This document shows positions 40,701-52,700 of a stretch of DNA of 64,000 bases, in pieces. The DNA comes from the human T2T-CHM13v2.0 reference genome, Homo sapiens: the NCBI RefSeq assembly GCF_009914755.1, contig NC_060931.1, one strand, 5' to 3'. Position numbers and translations under genes: made by a program. Under the pieces are notes generated by a model, which saw only the letters and a program-made list of their open reading frames with translations, was not told where the DNA came from and did not search any database. Each line of letters starts with the position of its first letter. Position 1 is the stretch's first letter.

Positions 40701-43700
40701 GACTAAGAAGAGTTCTCAGTAACTTTTTTGTGTTGTGTGTATTCAACTCACAGAGTTGAACCTTGCTTTAGAGAGAGCAGATTTGAAACACTCTTGCTGT
40801 GGCATTTTCAGGTGGAGATTTCAAGCGATTTGAGGACAATTGCAGAAAAGGAAATATCTTCGTATAATAACCAGACAGAATCATTCTCAGAAAGTGCTTT
40901 GTGATGTGTGCGTTCAACTCACAGAGTTTAACCTTTCTTTTCATAGAGGAGTTTGGAAACACACTGTTTGTAAAGTCTGCAAGTGGATATATGGACCTGT
41001 TTGAGGCCTTCGTTGGAAACGGGATTTCTTCATTGAATGCTAGACGGAAGAATTCTCAGTAAATTCTTTGTGTTGTGTGCATTCAACTCACAGAGTGGAA
41101 CGTCCCTTTAGACAGAGCAGATTTGAAACACTCTTTTTGCGGAATTTGCAAGTGGAGATTTCTAGCCATTTGATGCCAACAGTAGAAAGGGAAATATCTT
41201 CAAATAAAAACCAGACAGAATCATTCTCAGAAAATTCTTTGTGATGTGTGCGTTCAACTCACATAGTTTAACCTTTCTTTTCATAGAGCAGTTTGGAAAC
41301 ACTCTGTTTGTAAAGTCTGCAAGTGGATATATGGACCGCATTGAGGCCTTCGTTGGAAACGGGATTTCTTCATTTCATGCTAGACAGAAGAATTCTCAGT
41401 AACTTCTTTGTGCTGTGTGTATTCAACTCACAGAGTGGAACGTCCCTTTGCACAGAGCAGATTTGAAACACTCTTTTTGTGGAGTTTGCAAGTGGAGATT
41501 TCAAGCGATTTGATGCCAACAGTAGAAAAGGAAATATCTTCAAATAAAAACTAGACAGAATCATTCTCAGAAACTACTTTGTGATGTGTGCCTTCAACTC
41601 ACAGAGTTTAACCTTTCTTTTCTTAGAGCAGTTTAGAAACACTCTGCTTGTTATGTCTGCAAGTGGATATTTGGACCTCTTTGAGGCCTTCGTTGCAAAC
41701 GGGGTTTCTTCCTTTCATGCTAGACTAAGAAGAGTTCTCAGTAACTTTTTTGTGTTGTGTGTATTCAACTCACAGAGTTGAACCTTGCTTTAGAGAGAGC
41801 AGATTTGAAACACTCTTGCTGTGGCATTTTCAGGTGGAGATTTCAAGCGATTTGAGGACAATTGCAGAAAAGGAAATATCTTCGTATAATAACCAGACAG
41901 AATCATTCTCAGAAAGTGCTTTGTGATGTGTGCGTTCAACTCACAGAGTTTAACCTTTCTTTTCATAGAGGAGTTTGGAAACACACTGTTTGTAAAGTCT
42001 GCAAGTGGATATATGGACCTGTTTGAGGCCTTCGTTGGAAACGGGATTTCTTCATTGAATGCTAGACGGAAGAATTCTCAGTAAATTCTTTGTGTTGTGT
42101 GCATTCAACTCACAGAGTGGAACGTCCCTTTAGACAGAGCAGATTTGAAACACTCTTTTTGCGGAATTTGCAAGTGGAGATTTCTAGCCATTTGATGCCA
42201 ACAGTAGAAAGGGAAATATCTTCAAATAAAAACCAGACAGAATCATTCTCAGAAAATTCTTTGTGATGTGTGCGTTCAACTCACATAGTTTAACCTTTCT
42301 TTTCATAGAGCAGTTTGGAAACACTCTGTTTGTAAAGTCTGCAAGTGGATATATGGACCGCATTGAGGCCTTCGTTGGAAACGGGATTTCTTCATTTCAT
42401 GCTAGACAGAAGAATTCTCAGTAACTTCTTTGTGCTGTGTGTATTCAACTCACAGAGTGGAACGTCCCTTTGCACAGAGCAGATTTGAAACACTCTTTTT
42501 GTGGAGTTTGCAAGTGGAGATTTCAAGCGATTTGATGCCAACAGTAGAAAAGGAAATATCTTCAAATAAAAACTAGACAGAATCATTCTCAGAAACTACT
42601 TTGTGATGTGTGCCTTCAACTCACAGAGTTTAACCTTTCTTTTCTTAGAGCAGTTTAGAAACACTCTGCTTGTTATGTCTGCAAGTGGATATTTGGACCT
42701 CTTTGAGGCCTTCGTTGCAAACGGGGTTTCTTCCTTTCATGTTAGACTAAGAAGAGTTCTCAGTAACTTTTTTGTGTTGTGTGTATTCAACTCACAGAGT
42801 TGAACCTTGCTTTAGAGAGAGCAGATTTGAAACACTCTTGCTGTGGCATTTTCAGGTGGAGATTTCAAGCGATTTGAGGACAATTGCAGAAAAGGAAATA
42901 TCTTCGTATAATAACCAGACAGAATCATTCTCAGAAAGTGCTTTGTGATGTGTGCGTTCAACTCACAGAGTTTAACCTTTCTTTTCTTAGAGGAGTTTGG
43001 AAACACACTGTTTGTAAAGTCTGCAAGTGGATATATGGACCTGTTTGAGGCCTTCGTTGGAAACGGGATTTCTTCATTGAATGCTAGAGGGAAGAATTCT
43101 CAGTAAATTCTTTGTGTTGTGTGCATTCAACTCACAGAGTGGAACGTCCCTTTAGACAGAGCAGATTTGAAACCCTCTTTTTGCGGAATTTGCAAGTGGA
43201 GATTTCTAGCCATTTGATGCCAACAGTAGAAAGGGAAATATCTTCAAATAAAAACCAGACAGAATCATTCTCAGAAAATTCTTTGTGATGTGTGCGTTCA
43301 ACTCACATAGTTTAACCTTTCTTTTCATAGAGCAGTTTGGAAACACTCTGTTTGTAAAGTCTGCAAGTGGATATATGGACCGCATTGAGGCCTTCGTTGG
43401 AAACGGGATTTCTTCATTTCATGCTAGACAGAAGAATTCTCAGTAACTTCTTTGTGCTGTGTGTATTCAACTCACAGAGTGGAACGTCCCTTTGCACAGA
43501 GCAGATTTGAAACACTCTTTTTGTGGAATTTGCAAGTGGAGATTTCAAGCGATTTGATGCCAACAGTAGAAAAGGAAATATCTTCAAATAAAAACTAGAC
43601 AGAATCATTCTCAGAAACTACTTTGTGATGTGTGCCTTCAACTCACAGAGTTTAACCTTTCTTTTCTTAGAGCAGTTTAGAAACACTCTGCTTGTTATGT

Positions 43701-46700
43701 CTGCAAGTGGATATTTGGACCTCTTTGAGGCCTTCGTTGCAAACGGGGTTTCTTCCTTTCATGCTAGACTAAGAAGAGTTCTCAGTAACTTTTTTGTGTT
43801 GTGTGTATTCAACTCACAGAGTTGAACCTTGCTTTAGAGAGAGCAGATTTGAAACACTCTTGCTGTGGCATTTTCAGGTGGAGATTTCAAGCGATTTGAG
43901 GACAATTGCAGAAAAGGAAATATCTTCGTATAATAACCAGACAGAATCATTCTCAGAAAGTGCTTTGTGATGTGTGCGTTCAACTCACAGAGTTTAACCT
44001 TTCTTTTCATAGAGGAGTTTGGAAACACACTGTTTGTAAAGTCTGCAAGTGGATATATGGACCTGTTTGAGGCCTTCGTTGGAAACGGGATTTCTTCATT
44101 GAATGCTAGACGGAAGAATTCTCAGTAAATTCTTTGTGTTGTGTGCATTCAACTCACAGAGTGGAACGTCCCTTTAGACAGAGCAGATTTGAAACCCTCT
44201 TTTTGCGGAATTTGCAAGTGGAGATTTCTAGCCATTTGATGCCAACAGTAGAAAGGGAAATATCTTCAAATAAAAACCAGACAGAATCATTCTCAGAAAA
44301 TTCTTTGTGATGTGTGCGTTCAACTCACATAGTTTAACCTTTCTTTTCATAGAGCAGTTTGGAAACACTCTGTTTGTAAAGTCTGCAAGTGGATATATGG
44401 ACCGCATTGAGGCCTTCGTTGGAAACGGGATTTCTTCATTTCATGCTAGACAGAAGAATTCTCAGTAACTTCTTTGTGCTGTGTGTATTCAACTCACAGA
44501 GTGGAACGTCCCTTTGCACAGAGCAGATTTGAATCACTCTTTTTGTGGAGTTTGCAAGTGGAGATTTCAAGCGATTTGATGCCAACAGTAGAAAAGGAAA
44601 TATCTTCAAATAAAAACTAGACAGAATCATTCTCAGAAACTACTTTGTGATGTGTGCCTTCAACTCACAGAGTTTAACCTTTCTTTTCTTAGAGCAGTTT
44701 AGAAACACTCTGCTTGTTATGTCTGCAAGTGGATATTTGGACCTCTTTGAGGCCTTCGTTGCAAACGGGGTTTCTTCCTTTCATGCTAGACTAAGAAGAG
44801 TTCTCAGTAACTTTTTTGTGTTGTGTGTATTCAACTCACAGAGTTGAACCTTGCTTTAGAGAGAGCAGATTTGAAACACTCTTGCTGTGGCATTTTCAGG
44901 TGGAGATTTCAAGCGATTTGAGGACAATTGCAGAAAAGGAAATATCTTCGTATAATAACCAGACAGAATCATTCTCAGAAAGTGCTTTGTGATGTGTGCG
45001 TTCAACTCACAGAGTTTAACCTTTCTTTTCATAGAGGAGTTTGGAAACACACTGTTTGTAAAGTCTGCAAGTGGATATATGGACCTGTTTGAGGCCTTCG
45101 TTGGAAACGGGATTTCTTCATTGAATGCTAGACGGAAGAATTCTCAGTAAATTCTTTGTGTTGTGTGCATTCAACTCACAGAGTGGAACGTCCCTTTAGA
45201 CAGAGCAGATTTGAAACACTCTTTTTGCGGAATTTGCAAGTGGAGATTTCTAGCCATTTGATGCCAACAGTAGAAAGGGAAATATCTTCAAATAAAAACC
45301 AGACAGAATCATTCTCAGAAAATTCTTTGTGATGTGTGCGTTCAACTCACATAGTTTAACCTTTCTTTTCATAGAGCAGTTTGGAAACACTCTGTTTGTA
45401 AAGTCTGCAAGTGGATATATGGACCGCATTGAGGCCTTCGTTGGAAACGGGATTTCTTCATTTCATGCTAGACAGAAGAATTCTCAGTAACTTCTTTGTG
45501 CTGTGTGTATTCAACTCACAGAGTGGAACGTCCCTTTGCACAGAGCAGATTTGAAACACTCTTTTTGTGGAGTTTGCAAGTGGAGATTTCAAGCGATTTG
45601 ATGCCAACAGTAGAAAAGGAAATATCTTCAAATAAAAACTAGACAGAATCATTCTCAGAAACTACTTTGTGATGTGTGCCTTCAACTCACAGAGTTTAAC
45701 CTTTCTTTTCTTAGAGCAGTTTAGAAACACTCTGCTTGTTATGTCTGCAAGTGGATATTTGGACCTCTTTGAGGCCTTCGTTGCAAACGGGGTTTCTTCC
45801 TTTCATGCTAGACTAAGAAGAGTTCTCAGTAACTTTTTTGTGTTGTGTGTATTCAACTCACAGAGTTGAACCTTGCTTTAGAGAGAGCAGATTTGAAACA
45901 CTCTTGCTGTGGCATTTTCAGGTGGAGATTTCAAGCGATTTGAGGACAATTGCAGAAAAGGAAATATCTTCGTATAATAACCAGACAGAATCATTCTCAG
46001 AAAGTGCTTTGTGATGTGTGCGTTCAACTCACAGAGTTTAACCTTTCTTTTCATAGAGGAGTTTGGAAACACACTGTTTGTAAAGTCTGCAAGTGGATAT
46101 ATGGACCTGTTTGAGGCCTTCGTTGGAAACGGGATTTCTTCATTGAATGCTAGACGGAAGAATTCTCAGTAAATTCTTTGTGTTGTGTGCATTCAACTCA
46201 CAGAGTGGAACGTCCCTTTAGACAGAGCAGATTTGAAACACTCTTTTTGCGGAATTTGCAAGTGGAGATTTCTAGCCATTTGATGCCAACAGTAGAAAGG
46301 GAAATATCTTCAAATAAAAACCAGACAGAATCATTCTCAGAAAATTCTTTGTGATGTGTGCGTTCAACTCACATAGTTTAACCTTTCTTTTCATAGAGCA
46401 GTTTGGAAACACTCTGTTTGTAAAGTCTGCAAGTGGATATATGGACCGCATTGAGGCCTTCGTTGGAAACGGGATTTCTTCATTTCATGCTAGACAGAAG
46501 AATTCTCAGTAACTTCTTTGTGCTGTGTGTATTCAACTCACAGAGTGGAACGTCCCTTTGCACAGAGCAGATTTGAAACACTCTTTTTGTGGAGTTTGCA
46601 AGTGGAGATTTCAAGCGATTTGATGCCAACAGTAGAAAAGGAAATATCTTCAAATAAAAACTAGACAGAATCATTCTCAGAAACTACTTTGTGATGTGTG

Positions 46701-49700
46701 CCTTCAACTCACAGAGTTTAACCTTTCTTTTCTTAGAGCAGTTTAGAAACACTCTGCTTGTTATGTCTGCAAGTGGATATTTGGACCTCTTTGAGGCCTT
46801 CGTTGCAAACGGGGTTTCTTCCTTTCATGTTAGACTAAGAAGAGTTCTCAGTAACTTTTTTGTGTTGTGTGTATTCAACTCACAGAGTTGAACCTTGCTT
46901 TAGAGAGAGCAGATTTGAAACACTCTTGCTGTGGCATTTTCAGGTGGAGATTTCAAGCGATTTGAGGACAATTGCAGAAAAGGAAATATCTTCGTATAAT
47001 AACCAGACAGAATCATTCTCAGAAAGTGCTTTGTGATGTGTGCGTTCAACTCACAGAGTTTAACCTTTCTTTTCTTAGAGGAGTTTGGAAACACACTGTT
47101 TGTAAAGTCTGCAAGTGGATATATGGACCTGTTTGAGGCCTTCGTTGGAAACGGGATTTCTTCATTGAATGCTAGAGGGAAGAATTCTCAGTAAATTCTT
47201 TGTGTTGTGTGCATTCAACTCACAGAGTGGAACGTCCCTTTAGACAGAGCAGATTTGAAACCCTCTTTTTGCGGAATTTGCAAGTGGAGATTTCTAGCCA
47301 TTTGATGCCAACAGTAGAAAGGGAAATATCTTCAAATAAAAACGAGACAGAATCATTCTCAGAAAATTCTTTGTGATGTGTGCGTTCAACTCACATAGTT
47401 TAACCTTTCTTTTCATAGAGCAGTTTGGAAACACTCTGTTTGTAAAGTCTGCAAGTGGATATATGGACCGCATTGAGGCCTTCGTTGGAAACGGGATTTC
47501 TTCATTTCATGCTAGACAGAAGAATTCTCAGTAACTTCTTTGTGCTGTGTGTATTCAACTCACAGAGTGGAACGTCCCTTTGCACAGAGCAGATTTGAAA
47601 CACTCTTTTTGTGGAATTTGCAAGTGGAGATTTCAAGCGATTTGATGCCAACAGTAGAAAAGGAAATATCTTCAAATAAAAACTAGACAGAATCATTCTC
47701 AGAAACTACTTTGTGATGTGTGCCTTCAACTCACAGAGTTTAACCTTTCTTTTCTTAGAGCAGTTTAGAAACACTCTGCTTGTTATGTCTGCAAGTGGAT
47801 ATTTGGACCTCTTTGAGGCCTTCGTTGCAAACGGGGTTTCTTCCTTTCATGCTAGACTAAGAAGAGTTCTCAGTAACTTTTTTGTGTTGTGTGTATTCAA
47901 CTCACAGAGTTGAACCTTGCTTTAGAGAGAGCAGATTTGAAACACTCTTGCTGTGGCATTTTCAGGTGGAGATTTCAAGCGATTTGAGGACAATTGCAGA
48001 AAAGGAAATAACTTCGTATAATAACCAGACAGAATCATTCTCAGAAAGTGCTTTGTGATGTGTGCGTTCAACTCACAGAGTTTAACCTTTCTTTTCATAG
48101 AGGAGTTTGGAAACACACTGTTTGTAAAGTCTGCAAGTGGATATATGGACCTGTTTGAGGCCTTCGTTGGAAACGGGATTTCTTCATTGAATGCTAGACG
48201 GAAGAATTCTCAGTAAATTCTTTGTGTTGTGTGCATTCAACTCACAGAGTGGAACGTCCCTTTAGACAGAGCAGATTTGAAACCCTCTTTTTGCGGAATT
48301 TGCAAGTGGAGATTTCTAGCCATTTGATGCCAACAGTAGAAAGGGAAATATCTTCAAATAAAAACCAGACAGAATCATTCTCAGAAAATTCTTTGTGATG
48401 TGTGCGTTCAACTCACATAGTTTAACCTTTCTTTTCATAGAGCAGTTTGGAAACACTCTGTTTGTAAAGTCTGCAAGTGGATATATGGACCGCATTGAGG
48501 CCTTCGTTGGAAACGGGATTTCTTCATTTCATGCTAGACAGAAGAATTCTCAGTAACTTCTTTGTGCTGTGTGTATTCAACTCACAGAGTGGAACGTCCC
48601 TTTGCACAGAGCAGATTTGAATCACTCTTTTTGTGGAGTTTGCAAGTGGAGATTTCAAGCGATTTGATGCCAACAGTAGAAAAGGAAATATCTTCAAATA
48701 AAAACTAGACAGAATCATTCTCAGAAACTACTTTGTGATGTGTGCCTTCAACTCACAGAGTTTAACCTTTCTTTTCTTAGAGCAGTTTAGAAACACTCTG
48801 CTTGTTATGTCTGCAAGTGGATATTTGGACCTCTTTGAGGCCTTCGTTGCAAACGGGGTTTCTTCCTTTCATGCTAGACTAAGAAGAGTTCTCAGTAACT
48901 TTTTTGTGTTGTGTGTATTCAACTCACAGAGTTGAACCTTGCTTTAGAGAGAGCAGATTTGAAACACTCTTGCTGTGGCATTTTCAGGTGGAGATTTCAA
49001 GCGATTTGAGGACAATTGCAGAAAAGGAAATATCTTCGTATAATAACCAGACAGAATCATTCTCAGAAAGTGCTTTGTGATGTGTGCGTTCAACTCACAG
49101 AGTTTAACCTTTCTTTTCATAGAGGAGTTTGGAAACACACTGTTTGTAAAGTCTGCAAGTGGATATATGGACCTGTTTGAGGCCTTCGTTGGAAACGGGA
49201 TTTCTTCATTGAATGCTAGACGGAAGAATTCTCAGTAAATTCTTTGTGTTGTGTGCATTCAACTCACAGAGTGGAACGTCCCTTTAGACAGAGCAGATTT
49301 GAAACACTCTTTTTGCGGAATTTGCAAGTGGAGATTTCTAGCCATTTGATGCCAACAGTAGAAAGGGAAATATCTTCAAATAAAAACCAGACAGAATCAT
49401 TCTCAGAAAATTCTTTGTGATGTGTGCGTTCAACTCACATAGTTTAACCTTTCTTTTCATAGAGCAGTTTGGAAACACTCTGTTTGTAAAGTCTGCAAGT
49501 GGATATATGGACCGCATTGAGGCCTTCGTTGGAAACGGGATTTCTTCATTTCATGCTAGACAGAAGAATTCTCAGTAACTTCTTTGTGCTGTGTGTATTC
49601 AACTCACAGAGTGGAACGTCCCTTTGCACAGAGCAGATTTGAAACACTCTTTTTGTGGAGTTTGCAAGTGGAGATTTCAAGCGATTTGATGCCAACAGTA

Positions 49701-52700
49701 GAAAAGGAAATATCTTCAAATAAAAACTAGACAGAATCATTCTCAGAAACTACTTTGTGATGTGTGCCTTCAACTCACAGAGTTTAACCTTTCTTTTCTT
49801 AGAGCAGTTTAGAAACACTCTGCTTGTTATGTCTGCAAGTGGATATTTGGACCTCTTTGAGGCCTTCGTTGCAAACGGGGTTTCTTCCTTTCATGCTAGA
49901 CTAAGAAGAGTTCTCAGTAACTTTTTTGTGTTGTGTGTATTCAACTCACAGAGTTGAACCTTGCTTTAGAGAGAGCAGATTTGAAACACTCTTGCTGTGG
50001 CATTTTCAGGTGGAGATTTCAAGCGATTTGAGGACAATTGCAGAAAAGGAAATATCTTCGTATAATAACCAGACAGAATCATTCTCAGAAAGTGCTTTGT
50101 GATGTGTGCGTTCAACTCACAGAGTTTAACCTTTCTTTTCATAGAGGAGTTTGGAAACACACTGTTTGTAAAGTCTGCAAGTGGATATATGGACCTGTTT
50201 GAGGCCTTCGTTGGAAACGGGATTTCTTCATTGAATGCTAGACGGAAGAATTCTCAGTAAATTCTTTGTGTTGTGTGCATTCAACTCACAGAGTGGAACG
50301 TCCCTTTAGACAGAGCAGATTTGAAACACTCTTTTTGCGGAATTTGCAAGTGGAGATTTCTAGCCATTTGATGCCAACAGTAGAAAGGGAAATATCTTCA
50401 AATAAAAACCAGACAGAATCATTCTCAGAAAATTCTTTGTGATGTGTGCGTTCAACTCACATAGTTTAACCTTTCTTTTCATAGAGCAGTTTGGAAACAC
50501 TCTGTTTGTAAAGTCTGCAAGTGGATATATGGACCGCATTGAGGCCTTCGTTGGAAACGGGATTTCTTCATTTCATGCTAGACAGAAGAATTCTCAGTAA
50601 CTTCTTTGTGCTGTGTGTATTCAACTCACAGAGTGGAACGTCCCTTTGCACAGAGCAGATTTGAAACACTCTTTTTGTGGAGTTTGCAAGTGGAGATTTC
50701 AAGCGATTTGATGCCAACAGTAGAAAAGGAAATATCTTCAAATAAAAACTAGACAGAATCATTCTCAGAAACTACTTTGTGATGTGTGCCTTCAACTCAC
50801 AGAGTTTAACCTTTCTTTTCTTAGAGCAGTTTAGAAACACTCTGCTTGTTACGTCTGCAAGTGGATATTTGGACCTCTTTGAGGCCTTCGTTGCAAACGG
50901 GGTTTCTTCCTTTCATGCTAGACTAAGAAGAGTTCTCAGTAACTTTTTTGTGTTGTGTGTATTCAACTCACAGAGTTGAACCTTGCTTTAGAGAGAGCAG
51001 ATTTGAAACACTCTTGCTGTGGCATTTTCAGGTGGAGATTTCAAGCGATTTGAGGACAATTGCAGAAAAGGAAATAACTTCGTATAATAACCAGACAGAA
51101 TCATTCTCAGAAAGTGCTTTGTGATGTGTGCGTTCAACTCACAGAGTTTAACCTTTCTTTTCATAGAGGAGTTTGGAAACACACTGTTTGTAAAGTCTGC
51201 AAGTGGATATATGGACCTGTTTGAGGCCTTCGTTGGAAACGGGATTTCTTCATTGAATGCTAGACGGAAGAATTCTCAGTAAATTCTTTGTGTTGTGTGC
51301 ATTCAACTCACAGAGTGGAACGTCCCTTTAGACAGAGCAGATTTGAAACCCTCTTTTTGCGGAATTTGCAAGTGGAGATTTCTAGCCATTTGATGCCAAC
51401 AGTAGAAAGGGAAATATCTTCAAATAAAAACCAGACAGAATCATTCTCAGAAAATTCTTTGTGATGTGTGCGTTCAACTCACATAGTTTAACCTTTCTTT
51501 TCATAGAGCAGTTTGGAAACACTCTGTTTGTAAAGTCTGCAAGTGGATATATGGACCGCATTGAGGCCTTCGTTGGAAACGGGATTTCTTCATTTCATGC
51601 TAGACAGAAGAATTCTCAGTAACTTCTTTGTGCTGTGTGTATTCAACTCACAGAGTGGAACGTCCCTTTGCACAGAGCAGATTTGAATCACTCTTTTTGT
51701 GGAGTTTGCAAGTGGAGATTTCAAGCGATTTGATGCCAACAGTAGAAAAGGAAATATCTTCAAATAAAAACTAGACAGAATCATTCTCAGAAACTACTTT
51801 GTGATGTGTGCCTTCAACTCACAGAGTTTAACCTTTCTTTTCTTAGAGCAGTTTAGAAACACTCTGCTTGTTATGTCTGCAAGTGGATATTTGGACCTCT
51901 TTGAGGCCTTCGTTGCAAACGGGGTTTCTTCCTTTCATGCTAGACTAAGAAGAGTTCTCAGTAACTTTTTTGTGTTGTGTGTATTCAACTCACAGAGTTG
52001 AACCTTGCTTTAGAGAGAGCAGATTTGAAACACTCTTGCTGTGGCATTTTCAGGTGGAGATTTCAAGCGATTTGAGGACAATTGCAGAAAAGGAAATATC
52101 TTCGTATAATAACCAGACAGAATCATTCTCAGAAAGTGCTTTGTGATGTGTGCGTTCAACTCACAGAGTTTAACCTTTCTTTTCATAGAGGAGTTTGGAA
52201 ACACACTGTTTGTAAAGTCTGCAAGTGGATATATGGACCTGTTTGAGGCCTTCGTTGGAAACGGGATTTCTTCATTGAATGCTAGACGGAAGAATTCTCA
52301 GTAAATTCTTTGTGTTGTGTGCATTCAACTCACAGAGTGGAACGTCCCTTTAGACAGAGCAGATTTGAAACACTCTTTTTGCGGAATTTGCAAGTGGAGA
52401 TTTCTAGCCATTTGATGCCAACAGTAGAAAGGGAAATATCTTCAAATAAAAACCAGACAGAATCATTCTCAGAAAATTCTTTGTGATGTGTGCGTTCAAC
52501 TCACATAGTTTAACCTTTCTTTTCATAGAGCAGTTTGGAAACACTCTGTTTGTAAAGTCTGCAAGTGGATATATGGACCGCATTGAGGCCTTCGTTGGAA
52601 ACGGGATTTCTTCATTTCATGCTAGACAGAAGAATTCTCAGTAACTTCTTTGTGCTGTGTGTATTCAACTCACAGAGTGGAACGTCCCTTTGCACAGAGC

